A stretch of DNA of 64,000 nt from Eledone cirrhosa. Taxonomy: Eukaryota. How positions within the stretch are numbered: the stretch's first letter is position 1; the number at the start of each line of letters is the position of its first letter. The stretch spans positions 32,612,001 through 32,676,000 of the forward strand of contig OZ024751.1 of assembly GCA_964016885.1 (NCBI GenBank), read 5' to 3'. The notes beneath the pieces were generated by a model. That model ran no database searches, was not told where the DNA came from, and saw nothing but the letters and a program-made list of their open reading frames with translations. The translations under genes were made by a program, and so were the position numbers. Below are positions 29,794 to 44,603 of the stretch, piece by piece.

Positions 29794-30160
29794 AGAATTG
29801 GCACCATGCCATATTTGTTTCTTTTCCAGAAGGCATGATTCATACTCAGTAAAAGGGGTGAGGGTAGAGGGGTCGACAAAATAGGAGAAAGGAGTGGAGA
29901 AGGAGAGAAAAAAAAGAAGGGAATCTTTTATCGTTGGAGGAGTGGGGTAGAGCCATAGAGAGCAGCAGAGAAGAGTGATGGGTAAATAGTGAGGGGGTGG
30001 ACAGCCGTGGTGGATGTGGTTATGGTGGGTGCTAGTAGTGGTGGAGTTGGAGATGGTGGTGACTAGTTATGATGCCGGAGGGTGGTGGTAAAACTTTGTG
30101 GTGGTGGTGGTGGAGGAGGCTAACTAGTGTTGCAGATGGTGGTGGAGGTGGGGCCTAATG
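28870..30160. repeat. (GAT)n/(GGT)n low-complexity tract with an embedded minisatellite
   Basis: Trinucleotide runs and repeated GTTGCTGGTGGTGAAGGTGATGGTGG units. Confidence 0.9.
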
Positions 30161-30421
30161 TGGTAGAGACGGGGAGGGTGATGGAAAAGATGTAGGTGCT
30201 GGGGATGTAGGGTAGACGGAAGAGAAAGAAGGCGGCTGGGAAGAAGGTGATGGGTAGAGTAAGACTTAACGAAGAACGAAAGAAAAGTCACGTGTAAGTA
30301 TGTGAAAGGTGAGGAAGTGGGTAAGCTCATGTCTGAAGTCAGAGATGTATATAATATAATATATTTTAAAATGAAGATGAGCATATATATATGTATATAT
30401 ATATATCTTTATCTACTCTCT

Positions 30422-30488
<67 letters not shown>

Positions 30489-30616
30489 TTACTGGTTTCA
30501 GCCAGAGGACATCTGCCATACTAGGATGCAGTTTTCACATGTTTTGTCAATCATTTCCATCACAGTTATTATTTTTAATTTGATATTTCTTTTATCAATT
30601 ATATATACATTAATGA

Positions 30617-30980
30617 TAATTGTGAAGGTCAGATGTAAATATTCATCATTCATTTTATTCATAATCTGCCGCAATACATACTTCTGTGGCGTGTTTACGT
30701 AATGCTGCTATCACTTAAACCTCAACAAACTTCATCAGACAAAGATCTCATTGAAGCAACATGGGGACTGACTCTCATAGAAGCAACATCAAATTCGTCC
30801 GTCCTTTTGTCGATAGCCTGTTTTGCATTAGAAATGTTACACAACAACCATATGTCTTATGATGTCTGAGGGAATCGTGTTGCATGCATTACGTAATAAT
30901 TTACGCCACAGAAATATGTATTACGGTAGATTATGAATAAAATGGATTAGGAATATTTACACCTGGCCTTTGCAATTATT
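30617..30980. repeat. Old, diverged inverted repeat
   Basis: 30617-30705 is an imperfect reverse complement of 30886-30980. Confidence 0.6.
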
Positions 30981-31856
30981 AGTATTGTAAGGATACACAC
31001 GTTGCTGAATGCTTGAAACAAATTGCATCATTATTTACAGATTGGAGTGTTGCATACACAGCCCTGGTTAGACAACATCTTATAATACAAGTATATATAT
31101 ATATATATATATATTGTTATACTTGGGGAGGGTCATATGTGTGTAATAATATTGCCAGAATTAATAACAGAATACACTCACTGTTTGGTTGGTTTTCGCT
31201 TCTGTGTCCTTTATAACGGTTAATTTAATTTATTCGGTCCTCAATGTTACCATTGACTGACCAACGATCAAAAATACAGATACAATATAGACACAAACAC
31301 ATATATTTAGTCTAACAAAGTTCTTTCGTTGCACATCTGCAACATTATCAGTGGTGCTATTATGTTTCCTCCCGTTGCATTGTATGCCTACACCATCTTT
31401 ATTTAGTCTGTTTATTTATTTATTTATTTGTTTATTTTTTTGTTGTCTTCCCTGCGCATGCGTTTGCGTGTGTGTGTATAGTGTTTTGTTTGATGTGTGT
31501 TCGTGTTTGGGTGACTGTGTATTGGTTATTGTATTCTATCTTAGTTTACTAGTGTGTGTTTATATGTGTTTGTTGTTATTGTGCTTGTGTATGTATTTAT
31601 TTATTTATTTATACTTCTCTTAGGTCAGTGTTGTTTGTTTGGGGTGTTGTTATTCCATTCATTTTTTCTGTTTAGCCTTGGCCTTCTGAGTTCTATTTCG
31701 CTGGCCTCTCTGATTTGCCTATCTGCTGGGTCATTTCTATGTTTAGATATTATTCTAATTTCTATGTTGTCTATGTTACCGTCGTAGGAATGTTTGCATA
31801 AGTCACCAACGACCCTCCTACAAATATAAACACTACATAATGTAGTGAGTGAGTGA

Positions 31857-31992
<136 letters not shown>

Positions 31993-32052
31993 GGTTGTAC
32001 CTACCCGCCTGGATGTTTATATACATATATATATATATACATATATATATAC

Positions 32053-32137
<85 letters not shown>

Positions 32138-32578
32138 TATGTCCCCCTCCATATTTTAGTCTGTGTGTGTGCGTGTTATAGAGCCTGCGAGACTCTGCGG
32201 TGAGAGAATAATACATATTTCTTAATTTAGTCTCTTGCTTAATTGTCAGTTGATATTGTGTTAATAGTGTTTCAGTGTTTGGCTTGGGTCCCGAGTGGTT
32301 GGGGCGGTTCATAAATTTCTTTCTGTGGCATTTCTTGAACGTCTTTGAAAATATCAAAGCTAAAATGTTTGGCGAAAGGTTAGAGGAATTTCAACACTAA
32401 CGAGTGTTTGATTAAATACGACGTTTAGGAATTAGTGAAGTAAAGGAATACTGATTAGTTTATAGTTGTGTTTCGAAGACATCTCATCATGTACGGCTGA
32501 ATAATGGCGTAAAGGCAATGCTATTTCAGACAAGAATCTTAAACCAATTGACTACTATCATATATATATATATATATG

Positions 32579-32709
<131 letters not shown>

Positions 32710-33172
32710 TATATTATATAATTATACAAAGTTACAAAATTTACAATGATAACATAACTACATAAAAATTAATACCTTCTCTTAGTATGAGTTTTGGTAA
32801 AGTTTTTTTATTCACGATATAAAAAATTCAATACAAAGTTTAAGTGGAAATAATATTGTGATGGTGGTGGTGGTGATGGTCTTAGTGGTGGTGGTGTTAG
32901 TGGTGGTGGTGGTGGTGGTGTTAGTGGTAGTGGTGGTGGTGGTATTAGTGGTGGTGGTGGTGGGGTTTGCATAAGTATCTGACTCAGAATTATATTATTA
33001 AAGTTTTAGAGGGATAGGAATATACACTCCTGGGAAAAACATTGAGTGTGCTTCTCTCTCGTATGTTCACCCCCTCTCTTTCTCTCTCTTTTTTTAAATA
33101 TTTATGTGTGTATATATATATATATATAATATATATATATATATATACACTTATATATAATATATATATGTG

Positions 33173-33236
<64 letters not shown>

Positions 33237-33839
33237 CTTCTTTCGCCCCCTCTGTCAGTTACACTTTCTCTCGACTTACCTCTTCCTCGCACTTCCACTC
33301 ACTCACTCTCTGTTTCTCCCCTTCTCACTTCCTCCCGTTCGTTAGTAGTGGGGTTCTTTCTTTCTCACATCTCATTCACGGCGGACGGTCTGTTTTCTGA
33401 CCGCTCATGAAATTCACCCACCTTATGCTGACCGGATAACTATCATGTTGCTTGCTGTTTTCCTACCTTCGGTTTGCTTTTCCTTCTATGTTGTTTACTT
33501 CTCTCACTCGCTTTACGCGATTCACTTGTCCCAATAGCTTATTTTAGTTATTGCCCGCACCAACCTGAGGTATCTGATTTTTAATGCGATAAAATACCAA
33601 TGATGGTTGGCAAATCACTGATGAGGGACTGATTTTATAATATGTAACCTATGTGCAACCACGCAGTGTTTCTCTTTCTTCCCATGTTTTTCATATATAT
33701 ATATATATACATACACATATATATTAGAAACTTTGTTAAAACTACAGCTGCAGGTTGATAAGGACCGTCATCCCCATCAAAGCAGGTCTGTTGTTGTTTG
33801 TCCGGGGGGGGGGGGGGATATGGCTTAGAAAGACTTGTA

Positions 33840-33897
<58 letters not shown>

Positions 33898-33902
<5 letters not shown>

Positions 33903-34090
33903 TAAACGGAATAGAAAATGCTGACAAATTGTTCACAGTTGAAAAATGGTTTAATTAGGAATAAAAGAGTATTAGTGATTGTATGGGTTAGTATTCAGTT
34001 GTGGTTTTAAGTTTTTAAGTTTTTACCGGTTGCGCATTTCTAAATGCTTTTCAAAAATAATTTTGAGATAGAGTGTCCGTGCTGTTATAC
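33898..34090 (-). mobile_element. Family G terminus (relative of family E) with a TTGAAAA...GCAA hammerhead-like motif
   Basis: Reverse complement of 59690-59865. Confidence 0.7.
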
Positions 34091-34118
34091 AAACATATAT
34101 ACATACATTTATATATAT

Positions 34119-34245
<127 letters not shown>

Positions 34246-34895
34246 GTGTTTTTAGGAACACTATTCTAAATCTATTGTTTGTAGGTAAACTAGTCAGAAG
34301 CCATATTCATCTAAAAACAAATTGAACGAAAAGATATTTGTGAGAAGAAAAGGCGGTGTATTCGTTGGAGTTTTAGTATCTTTGAAGGAAGCTGGTAAAA
34401 GACCATGCAATGATTTATTCATATTTGAATCAACTATGCTGCTGTTTTGAAATCATACAGCCTTGAGATTCTTAATACATAAATCGGAATTCATACGTTT
34501 TATGTAATCTACACCTCGAGTTGACATTTAGTCGAGAATATTTGTAATATCTATAAGATATTAAGCTTTTGTATTACAAAATCGTTTGCGTCCTTGGGAA
34601 TGATATTCTGGTAACACAGAAACTAATTGAGGATGAATGTTTAAATATCTGTCTAGTGCAAAAATTCATAGAATTGTTCCGGTCATGTGTCTAGTGTTTA
34701 TTTTATTACAAAGGTGATGGGTTGTGTGGTTATCAAATCGTTGAACATCGAACAAAATTAGCAGTGATACTCACGCTTTGTGAAGCTTAAACTTTCATTT
34801 ATTATAGGTCTATAGAATAGATTTCTTTATAAGAGCGTTAAATTAATAAACCTTTGTTCGTACTGCCTCTCTGTTTTGTTCCCGTTCAATTTTTC

Positions 34896-34959
<64 letters not shown>

Positions 34960-34962
<3 letters not shown>

Positions 34963-35100
34963 TTGTTTTAATTCTCTGTTTCTTCCTGATGATGTCACTA
35001 CGTTCATACGTAACCTGGGCACTGAAATGACCATAATGTTTGCAGTAATAAAAAGTTAAAGGAATACAACCTGTCCGGCCTCTTGTCATTTTACCCTATA
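34960..35100 (+). mobile_element. PLE-like terminus with a degenerate hammerhead (relative of 42660)
   Basis: CTGATGA T-GT...AC-T GAAATGACCATA, then AATAAA and a tail similar to 42720-42775. Confidence 0.55.
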
Positions 35101-35210
35101 ATATATATATATATAAGTGACATAGTCACTACTTTAAAACTCATAGCGAAAGGTCTTCAAAATGTTTTTAATTGAACATACAGTATATTTGCAAATATAC
35201 TATACATACA

Positions 35211-35292
<82 letters not shown>

Positions 35293-35794
35293 ATGAATCA
35301 ATCCTTTAGCACAATGTTTTTAGAAGCTAAATTAACCCAGATATTCACAATTATACTATTTCCTTGGAAGATCAAAACAAAAAGGAGACAAAACCTGTTA
35401 AATCATTGGGTAAATCTAAGGGACTGTACTCCATCGTAAAGGATTCTCGTCCTGCTTGTGTATCAGACATTATTGTAATTGCTACAACTACTAAAGAAGT
35501 TAGACTATTCAAATGTTTGACGCCATATGTAACTAATACACTCACAACCCTGAAACATCTGTCGAGATTAAATTTCAGTAGATTTCTAGGATACATTTTT
35601 TAAAGAATAGCTTGAAAATAGTCTGAAAATATATTTCGTTTAAACATAATTTTCCCCTATTTTATAATTCAAAATAGAAATACATAGACATTATTAAGTT
35701 TCAATAAATTTCTGTGTTTTTCTAAGAATGTAATTTGACCGTTCAGTCAGTATGCCTGCAGTCCAATCACCGTTCGACGAATGTTTCCACGCAT

Positions 35795-36175
<381 letters not shown>

Positions 36176-36282
36176 ATATATCTCACATATATATATATAT
36201 GTGTGTGTGTGTATATAAATAATATACATACATATATATATATGTGTGTATATATATAAATTATATAAATACATATATATAT

Positions 36283-36348
<66 letters not shown>

Positions 36349-36681
36349 ATATATATACACACACACACACACACACATATATATATTTATACACACACAT
36401 ATATATATATAATAACATATGTCACACATATCACTGCTCCCAATTCTCATTAAGGTATTACATGATATACATTCCTTTACGCTTTGTTTCTGTTGACACT
36501 CGTTCCCATTCATACCTTAACACACACATACACTCACACACATGTACACACACTCACACATCTATCTATCTGTCTGTCTATCCATCTATTTATTTATCTA
36601 TTTATCTATCTATTTCTCTATCTATCTTTCACTCTCTATGTCCATATTTGTTTCACACCAAATACTGTAACGCCACTTTGT

Positions 36682-36779
<98 letters not shown>

Positions 36780-36783
36780 GGTG

Positions 36784-36843
<60 letters not shown>

Positions 36844-37106
36844 TTGGTGGTGGCGGTGGTGGTGGTCGTGGTGGTCGTGGCGGCGATGATGGTGGTGGTG
36901 TTAGCGACGGTGGTGTCTGGGAATAGTGGTGGAGGCGTTTGTGGTTGAGTAAGAGAGAAAGAACGAAAGAAAGAAAGAAAGAAAAAGAAGTCCTAGAGTG
37001 TGTAAAGAATTATATTTCAATTGAATTATACTTATTTGGGGGCCACCTGTGGAGACGAGGTGTGGCAGACGATTAATTATTCAGTTACACATGAGGATGC
37101 CTTAAT

Positions 37107-37178
<72 letters not shown>

Positions 37179-37296
37179 ACACACACTGACACACACAGAC
37201 ACACACTGACACACACTGACACACACACACCTATTAACATGTAACATGATACATCATGATACATCCTCACTGACCAGGGAGCCACATCTCTGTGTT

Positions 37297-37342
<46 letters not shown>

Positions 37343-37689
37343 GACTTAGTCTATCTAATACTGCATAAATGCACGTTGCACATCTCTGGAATCCTTGACT
37401 AATGGTGCTTGCTCCAGCATGTCCTCATCCTGTCAGCTGGAACAAGTAAAAAAGTAATCAACCCTCAGATAACAGGTTCATAATGGCAATCAAGCAATAT
37501 ACGCCCAACTAACGGTCAAAATTTCCAACCCATGCTGGTAATTAATACTTAATGCACTTTTGTCTTAAGACCTTTATAGTCTTTAAGCGCTAAAAAGATT
37601 GCGAGGTCCTCTTTTTTAAGGGCCTTAGTTCCGCTGTAACATTGCCCAATGGTCCAACATAAATCAGGCACGTGATCTGAGACTCTGGG

Positions 37690-38085
37690 ACCAGCGCCCT
37701 TTACATGAGATACTAATCCCGTGTATGTTCTGCTTGATGGTCATTCCGGAGAGGCAGTGATACACACCAACATGACATCAGCTCTTCTTCTTCTTCTTCT
37801 TCTTCTTCTTCTTCTTCTTCTTCTTCTTCTTCTTCTTCTTCTTCTTCTTCTTCTTCTTCTTCTTCTTCTTCTTCTTCTTCTTCTTCTTGGATCCTCAAAC
37901 AAGACCAGCCAAGCTCATGGATGTTATCCAACCATCTTGCTCTGGGTCTAGCCCTGGGTCTCCTACCTGTTGGTTTCGCTCGTAAAATTTGTCCAGCAAT
38001 TCTTTCCTAAGACATTCTAACCACATGCCCTTAGTATCGGAGCTGTGATCTCTCAATTCAGTGAAGTAGCGACTCTACCTAGAGT
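37690..38085 (-). pseudogene. RTE-like LINE 3' ORF fragment interrupted by (GAA)n
   Basis: IERSQLRY*GHVVRMS*ERIAGQILRAKPTGRRPRARPRARWLDNI is the typical RTE C-terminal pattern. Confidence 0.7.
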
Positions 38086-38104
38086 ATGAAGATCTAAAAA
38101 TAAT

Positions 38105-38480
38105 TGTTTCTACTTTTGGCACAAGGCCAGCAATATACAGTACATTACTGGTACTTTATTTTATCGACCCCGTAAGGATGAAAGGCAAAGTTAACCTCGG
38201 CGGGATTTGAATTCAGAATGGCAAGGGCCGTAACTCAATGCGTTAAAGCATGGCGTCCGATCCTCTAGCGATACTGCCAATCTACCACCATCATGAAGAT
38301 CTAAAAATAATTGTTTCTACTTTTAGCACATGGCCAGCAAATATTCCAGTGTATTACTGGTACTCTATTTTATCGACCCCGTAAGGATGAAAGGCAAAGT
38401 TAACCTCGGCGGGATTTGAACTCAGTCCGAAAAGGGACGTAACTGTGCTGCAAAGCATGGCGTCCGACCCTCTACCGATA
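38105..38480 (-). mobile_element. Two tandem SINEs (38105-38292, 38312-38480)
   Basis: The left copy is flanked by the TSD ATGAAGATCTAAAAATAAT (38086-38104, 38293-38311). Confidence 0.88.
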
Positions 38481-39084
38481 AAAATAATGATGATGGATTT
38501 GGGAAGGTTACCGTTCCAAACCAATCCCAAGGAGTTTATGGTAAAGTATGGAAGAATAATTTGCTAAAAAAGATCAGACGTGCTTCATATCATGTCTCCC
38601 TATTTTATCTGACGAAAACGCAAATGTCATCGCATGATGATATTTGTTTTTGAAATGCGCATAATAAAATACATGGAACTCTTTTAACCATCTTTTGATC
38701 TTATATATTATTTATACTCCAGTCCTACAAACTGTAGAGTGCCCGTTATCCGATATCTGCATTGCTTTATTGTACTACAATAAAACTCACCTCCTACATA
38801 TATATATATATATATATATATATGAGTGTGTGGGAGAACGAAAGGAGAATGACCCAACGGTATATAGCAATTGAATTATACCTGCATGGAGGCCACTTTG
38901 AGAGTAACGAACACATATGTATACTTATAAACATACACACACACAGATACAGGCTCTGGGAGTGGCAGACAATTAATTATTCAATTTAGTACGGTGATGC
39001 CGTAATGTGTACATACATATATATATATGTATGTATGTATAAATGTGCATATATATATATATATATATGCACATATATACTTAC

Positions 39085-39116
<32 letters not shown>

Positions 39117-39127
39117 ATATGTATAAT

Positions 39128-39219
<92 letters not shown>

Positions 39220-39278
39220 CATATATATACATATAGTTATATTTAATGTCCTTAAATATATTTATATATATTTATATA

Positions 39279-39354
<76 letters not shown>

Positions 39355-39363
39355 ATGTATATA

Positions 39364-39420
<57 letters not shown>

Positions 39421-39509
39421 GTGTATGTGGTGTGTGTTTGTGTAATTCTGTGGTTATACGGATGGCAAAGCAAAGACAACTATACGGGTGTGGCTACATA
39501 TGTTCGTGT

Positions 39510-41000
39510 TACTGTTGATATTGTTGTTGTAGTTGTAGTGGTAGTGGTGGTGGCGATGGTTGTGATGGCGATGGTAGTGGTGGTGGTGGTGGCAGTGGGT
39601 GTAGTGGTAGTGATAGTGATGGTAGTGGTGGTGATGATGGTGGCTGTGGTGGCTGTGGTGGTGGTGGTAGTGGTGGTAGTGATGGTGATGGTGGTGGTGG
39701 GGGTGAGGTGGTGGGGTTAGTTCTGAAGGTGACTGTGTTGGAAGTGGTGATGATGGTGGTGCTGGTGGTGGTGTTGGTGGTGATGTTGGTGGTGGTAGTG
39801 TTAGTGGTGATGGTGGTGGTGTTGGTGGTGATGTTGGTGATGGTGGTGGCTGTGGTGATGGTGGCGGTGGCTGTGGTGATAGTTGTGGTGGTGGTGGTGG
39901 TAGTGGCGGTGGTAGTGGTGGTGATGGTGGCGGTGGTGTTTTTATTATTGTTGTAGTTACTGTTGTTACTATCATCGTCTTAACTGCCGTTGTTGTTATT
40001 ATTGTTGTTGTTGGAGGTGGTGGAGGTGGTGGTTGTGGTGGTCAAGCTTTTATTGTTGTTATTGTTGTTGGTGTTGTTGGAGGTGTTGGTGGTGGTCTTG
40101 CTACTGTTGTTGTTATTGTTGTTGTTGTTGGTGGTGGTGGTGGTGGTGGTGGTGGTGGTGGTGGTGGTGGTGGTGGTGGTGGTGGTGGTGGTGGTGGCGG
40201 TGGTGGTCTTGTTACTATTGTTGTTGTTGGTGGTGGTGGTGGTGGTGGCGGTGGTGGTTTTGTTACTATTGTTGTTGTTATAGGTAAGCTAAACCAAGTC
40301 GTTTACTGTTGCATAGCAACATATATGGATGCATGTACAAGGTGAGAAGCAAACGGATATCCCTCAGGTAGGTGTTTAATCTGTCTGCTATTGTTGTTGT
40401 TGTTGTTGTTGTTATTGTTAGTGGTGATGGTGGTGGTGGTGGCGGCGGCGGCGGCGGAGGTGGCAACGCTGGAGTTAAAAAGGTGGTGTTTTGTTATTGT
40501 TGCTGTTGGTGGTGGTGGCGGAGTTGGCGTTAAGGGGGTGGTCTTGATGGTGGTGTTTTTGCAGTTGTTGATGCTGTTGTTCTTGTTGGTGTTGTTGTTG
40601 TTGGGATTGTTGTTGTTGTTGGTGGTGGTGGTGGTGGTGGTGGTGGTGATGATGCTGCTGCTGCTGAGGGAGGAGTTAGTGGAAGTGGCGGTGTTATTGA
40701 AGTTATGGAGGCGTTAGTGGTGACGGTTGTAATGCTGGTGATAGTGGTGGTGGTGGTGCTGGTGGTTGGTGGTGGTGATGATGTTGTTGTTGTTGTTGGT
40801 GGTGGTGATGTTTGAAACGGTGCCCGACTAATGGTGTGGTGGTAGTATTGGTTGTGATTGTTGTGGTGGTTGTGTTGGTAGTTTTAACGGAAAGCGGCGT
40901 TATTGATGTTGTTGGTAGTGGTAATAAGATTGTTGTTGTTGTTTTTGTAGTAGTGTTTTTTGGTGTTGTCATTGTTGAAGTGGTGCTTGTGATAGTTGTA
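39510..41000. repeat. (GGT)n/(GTT)n low-complexity tract
   Basis: Degenerate trinucleotide runs giving poly-V/L/W ORFs. Confidence 0.9.
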
Positions 41001-41540
41001 GGTCAGTGGGTACATCTGAGGCCCAGAGAATCAAACAAGACCCGTCAATACCTGAACACCCCTCGTCTCATCGTGAATTTAAACAGGAGCTCTTCTCATT
41101 CACTCCACTTCAATTCAAAACTTTTAATTTCGGTTTTTCAGTTTTATTTACTAATGCTTACTTCCATTAGAAAACCTTAATATCTCGACCCAAAATTAGG
41201 CCACTATATGTAGGTAGTATAAAAAAGCCACTAAAAGTCATACTACCCCATCTACCACAGCATTTTGGTCTTCGGCCAGCACAATATCGGTCAGATTCGC
41301 GGTTGGCTGGCTGACTAGCACCCTGCTACCTTAAACGAGGGAGGGGGTGATCATCCGTAGGATGGTTTGCTATGGTTTGCAATAGTAATCAGCTACATCT
41401 CCTACTTTTACGCATACGCAGACCTGTTGGCGTGAATTGACGCTCACAGAGAAACGGGCATTCGATTCATGAACATTTGCCCGTCCCTTGTCACTTCAAT
41501 TTTGGATTACCTCCTTTATTGTAATCTTATTATGTAAGAA

Positions 41541-41619
41541 GCTGTCTGATGAGATCATGGCACTGGGTACTACGCCTGAATCGCGTGGTCACTGTCATCA
41601 TCGAAATATATATCACAAC
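41541..41619 (+). ncRNA. Hammerhead motif with long stem II (relative of 60264)
   Basis: GCTGT CTGATGA GAT-C-ATGGCA...TGTCAT-C-ATC GAA ATATATAT C ACAAC, followed by AATAAA. Confidence 0.7.
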
Positions 41620-41848
41620 CTTATCAATAAAGGACTTTATCATCTAAACGTTCTTTGTATTTCCTTATCCTATATATATAGGATATATCAAATTCTCTTA
41701 ATTCCCTCTAACCCATCCCTTTTACAACTCCTACAACTATTATAAAAGAGCCCCCTTAGAATATAGACCCCAGATAAACAAGCTGAGCTGTTGATGTATA
41801 CCACGATTTCAAACTGCTAATCTTGAGTGAAACGTTGATGAAAATAAT

Positions 41849-42039
41849 TGTTTCTATGTTAGGCACAAGGCCAGCAATTATCCAGTGTATTACTGGTACT
41901 TTATTTTATCGACCCCGTAAGGATGAAAGGCAAAGTTAACCTCGGCGGGATTTGAACTCAGAATGGCAAGGGCCGTAACTCTATGCGTCAAAGCATGGCG
42001 TCCGACCCTCTACCAATACTGCCAATCCACCGCCAATCC
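41849..42039 (-). mobile_element. SINE with 18-bp TSD
   Basis: AACGTTGATGAAAATAAT at 41831-41848 and 42040-42057. Confidence 0.9.
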
Positions 42040-42079
42040 AACGTTGATGAAAATAATGAACTTACAATTACCTATTATA

Positions 42080-42126
42080 TGCCTTGAAAAGTCCCACCAT
42101 ATGGTCGGACGAAACGGCTGTCGGCA
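42080..42126 (+). ncRNA. Hammerhead ribozyme, U3-A8 core variant
   Basis: TGCC TTGAAAA GTCC-C-ACCATATGGT-C-GGAC GAAAC-GGCT-GTC GGCA, then AATAAA; the downstream sequence resembles the PLE1 tail. Confidence 0.8.
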
Positions 42127-42276
42127 ATAAACTTATAATGTCATAAAAGTTCCTTTGTTCTTTTTCCCTAATATGTCTGCTCTACTTATACGCATAGAGC
42201 TTAACTAGCTACCGTCGCATATTTGGTAGGTCAGGCGTGATCATCGCGATTTACGTACGACCTACCATACATCTTG

Positions 42277-42349
<73 letters not shown>

Positions 42350-42412
42350 GTATATATATATATATATATATTGTTATACTTTGGGAGGGTCATGTTACCA
42401 AATTCAGAAACG

Positions 42413-42455
<43 letters not shown>

Positions 42456-42659
42456 TGAAAAACATGGGGAGAAGAATACTAAAATTAGTCCCTCATCAGT
42501 GATTTGCCAGCCAACCATCATTGGTATTTCATCGCAAGGTGGTCATCCGGACTGGCAACTGTTGGCTCTGGCTGCCTTCAGGTCTTAAACATTTCTCTAT
42601 ACTTTTCAGCCCCTTGGATTGTCTACCATTATTATATTCCTTTATTGGATAAATTTCGT

Positions 42660-42719
42660 AACACCTGATGATGTCACCGGGTTCTTGCAGAGCCCGATCA
42701 TTGAAATGTGCATAGTGTT
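42660..42719 (+). ncRNA. Hammerhead motif
   Basis: AACAC CTGATGA T-GT..GGGTTCT-TGC-AGAGCCC..AT-T GAA ATGTGCAT A GTGTT, then AATAAA. Confidence 0.72.
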
Positions 42720-42934
42720 TATAATAAATCTTTAAGGAATTTCACCTGTCCAGTCTCATGTCATTTTACTCAATAATAATTAACTCCGTTCTCGCACCAC
42801 CAACAGGATTCAACATAAACGAAGATGGGTGAGTTACATCACATCGAGTGCTTTTCCTAATATTACATCACGGTTGACTATACGGAATGACCAGTTCTAT
42901 CCAGTGGTGAACCAACAAACCTGAATTTATATAT

Positions 42935-42968
<34 letters not shown>

Positions 42969-43012
42969 GTATATACACACACACGCACTCACACAACACA
43001 CACATACACACA

Positions 43013-43044
<32 letters not shown>

Positions 43045-43054
43045 GAGACACACA

Positions 43055-43103
<49 letters not shown>

Positions 43104-43790
43104 GTGGGTGGTAAGGGTGCTCTTCTCTGTGGGTTATTTCATTATTCTATATTACAAACTGTATAATATTTTGCAGTAAAACGACCAGAATCTTGCGGAC
43201 ACGTGGCGTTTCTTAATTAGATAAATGTATTGGCGATTTAGTGGAATTTTTGGCACTTTTGGCATGTTAAACTTTTGTTGTTTTGGCATTTTAGAAATTT
43301 ACTGTTTTGGTGTTCTGAGCGACAGCTACAGATTATATTCCAGTTTGTCAGCATTCTCTGATTTTTATTGTTTAAGCAGACGATGTAATATAATTTCATG
43401 ACTACCATCGAATGATCGGGTCGGCGTTCGCCTCGCTGTGTGGAGAGGAATGTGTTATTATCTTTGAAGTTTAATTAATATTCAGAGTAGATGATGATGA
43501 TGATGATGACAACGACAACGACGAGGATGATTGTGATGATGATGATGGTGGTGATGATGATGGTGGTGATAATAATGATAATGGTGGGGAGGAGGAGGAA
43601 GAAGAAGGTGATGCAAGAAAATAAAACAAAATAGCAGTGAAAATGAAATAAAAAGAAATTAATAAGGAAGGAAAAGAAAGCGATAAACCCGACCAGTAGC
43701 AGCAACAACAATAACAACAATAACAACAATTACAACAATAACAACAATAACAACAATAAGGATAATAATAACATTAATAATAATAATAAT

Positions 43791-44293
43791 TCTGAGAAGT
43801 GGTATGAGCATAAGCCAGAGTCGGTGAAGGAAAACGATCAGGTGAAGGTGCTGTGGGATTTTAGGATACAGACGGACAAGAAACTGGAACACAATAGACC
43901 TGACCTGGTGGTTTTGAACAAGGGGAAAAGATCGTGCCTAATTGTGGATGTAGCCTGCCTATTCGACATGAGAGTGCAAGAGAAGGAGAGGGAGGAAATT
44001 AACCGATACCAGGACTTAAAGTGGGAGCTAAAAAGGATTTGGAACTGCCATGAGGTCAAAGTGGTCCCGATTGTCATAGGCGCACTATGTACTATCTCAA
44101 AGGGTTTCCAAGGATGGTTAAAGAAAATTGGTCCCGCCCCGCTTTTAGGAACACTTCAAAAGGCATGCTTGCTGGGAACAGCAAGAACCCTCCGATACGT
44201 CCTGAATATCTGAGGTTGCAGGTAGTGGCTTGATATTCATTTCAACAAACTTTCCAGTTAACTAACATCAAAGTTAACTGAGACTCAAAGAAC

Positions 44294-44294
<1 letters not shown>
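43791..44294 (+). mobile_element. 3' fragment of an R4/Dong-like non-LTR retrotransposon (restriction-like endonuclease domain)
   Basis: WYEHKP..VLWDFRIQTD..HNRPDLVV..LIVDVAC..KE.E.I.RYQDL..VVPIVIGAL; flanked by (AAT)n on both sides. Confidence 0.8.
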
Positions 44295-44360
<66 letters not shown>

Positions 44361-44603
44361 TTTTCTTTATTAACCACAAGGGTTTACATAAAGTAGACAT
44401 TAAGGACAGTACAGGACAATACAGGACGGTACAAATGGGCATTTCTGCGTGTAAAAAAAACGGAGGTTGAAATAAAATAACAAAGAAAAATTCCCCAATA
44501 GGGGGGAGACTTCCGAGGGACATTTGTGGAGAAAGCCCATTAAAAGACCACAGTGCCCCTGACCACCAGGGCAAGTGCCCTCTCCCAGTTTTCCACCTTT
44601 AAT

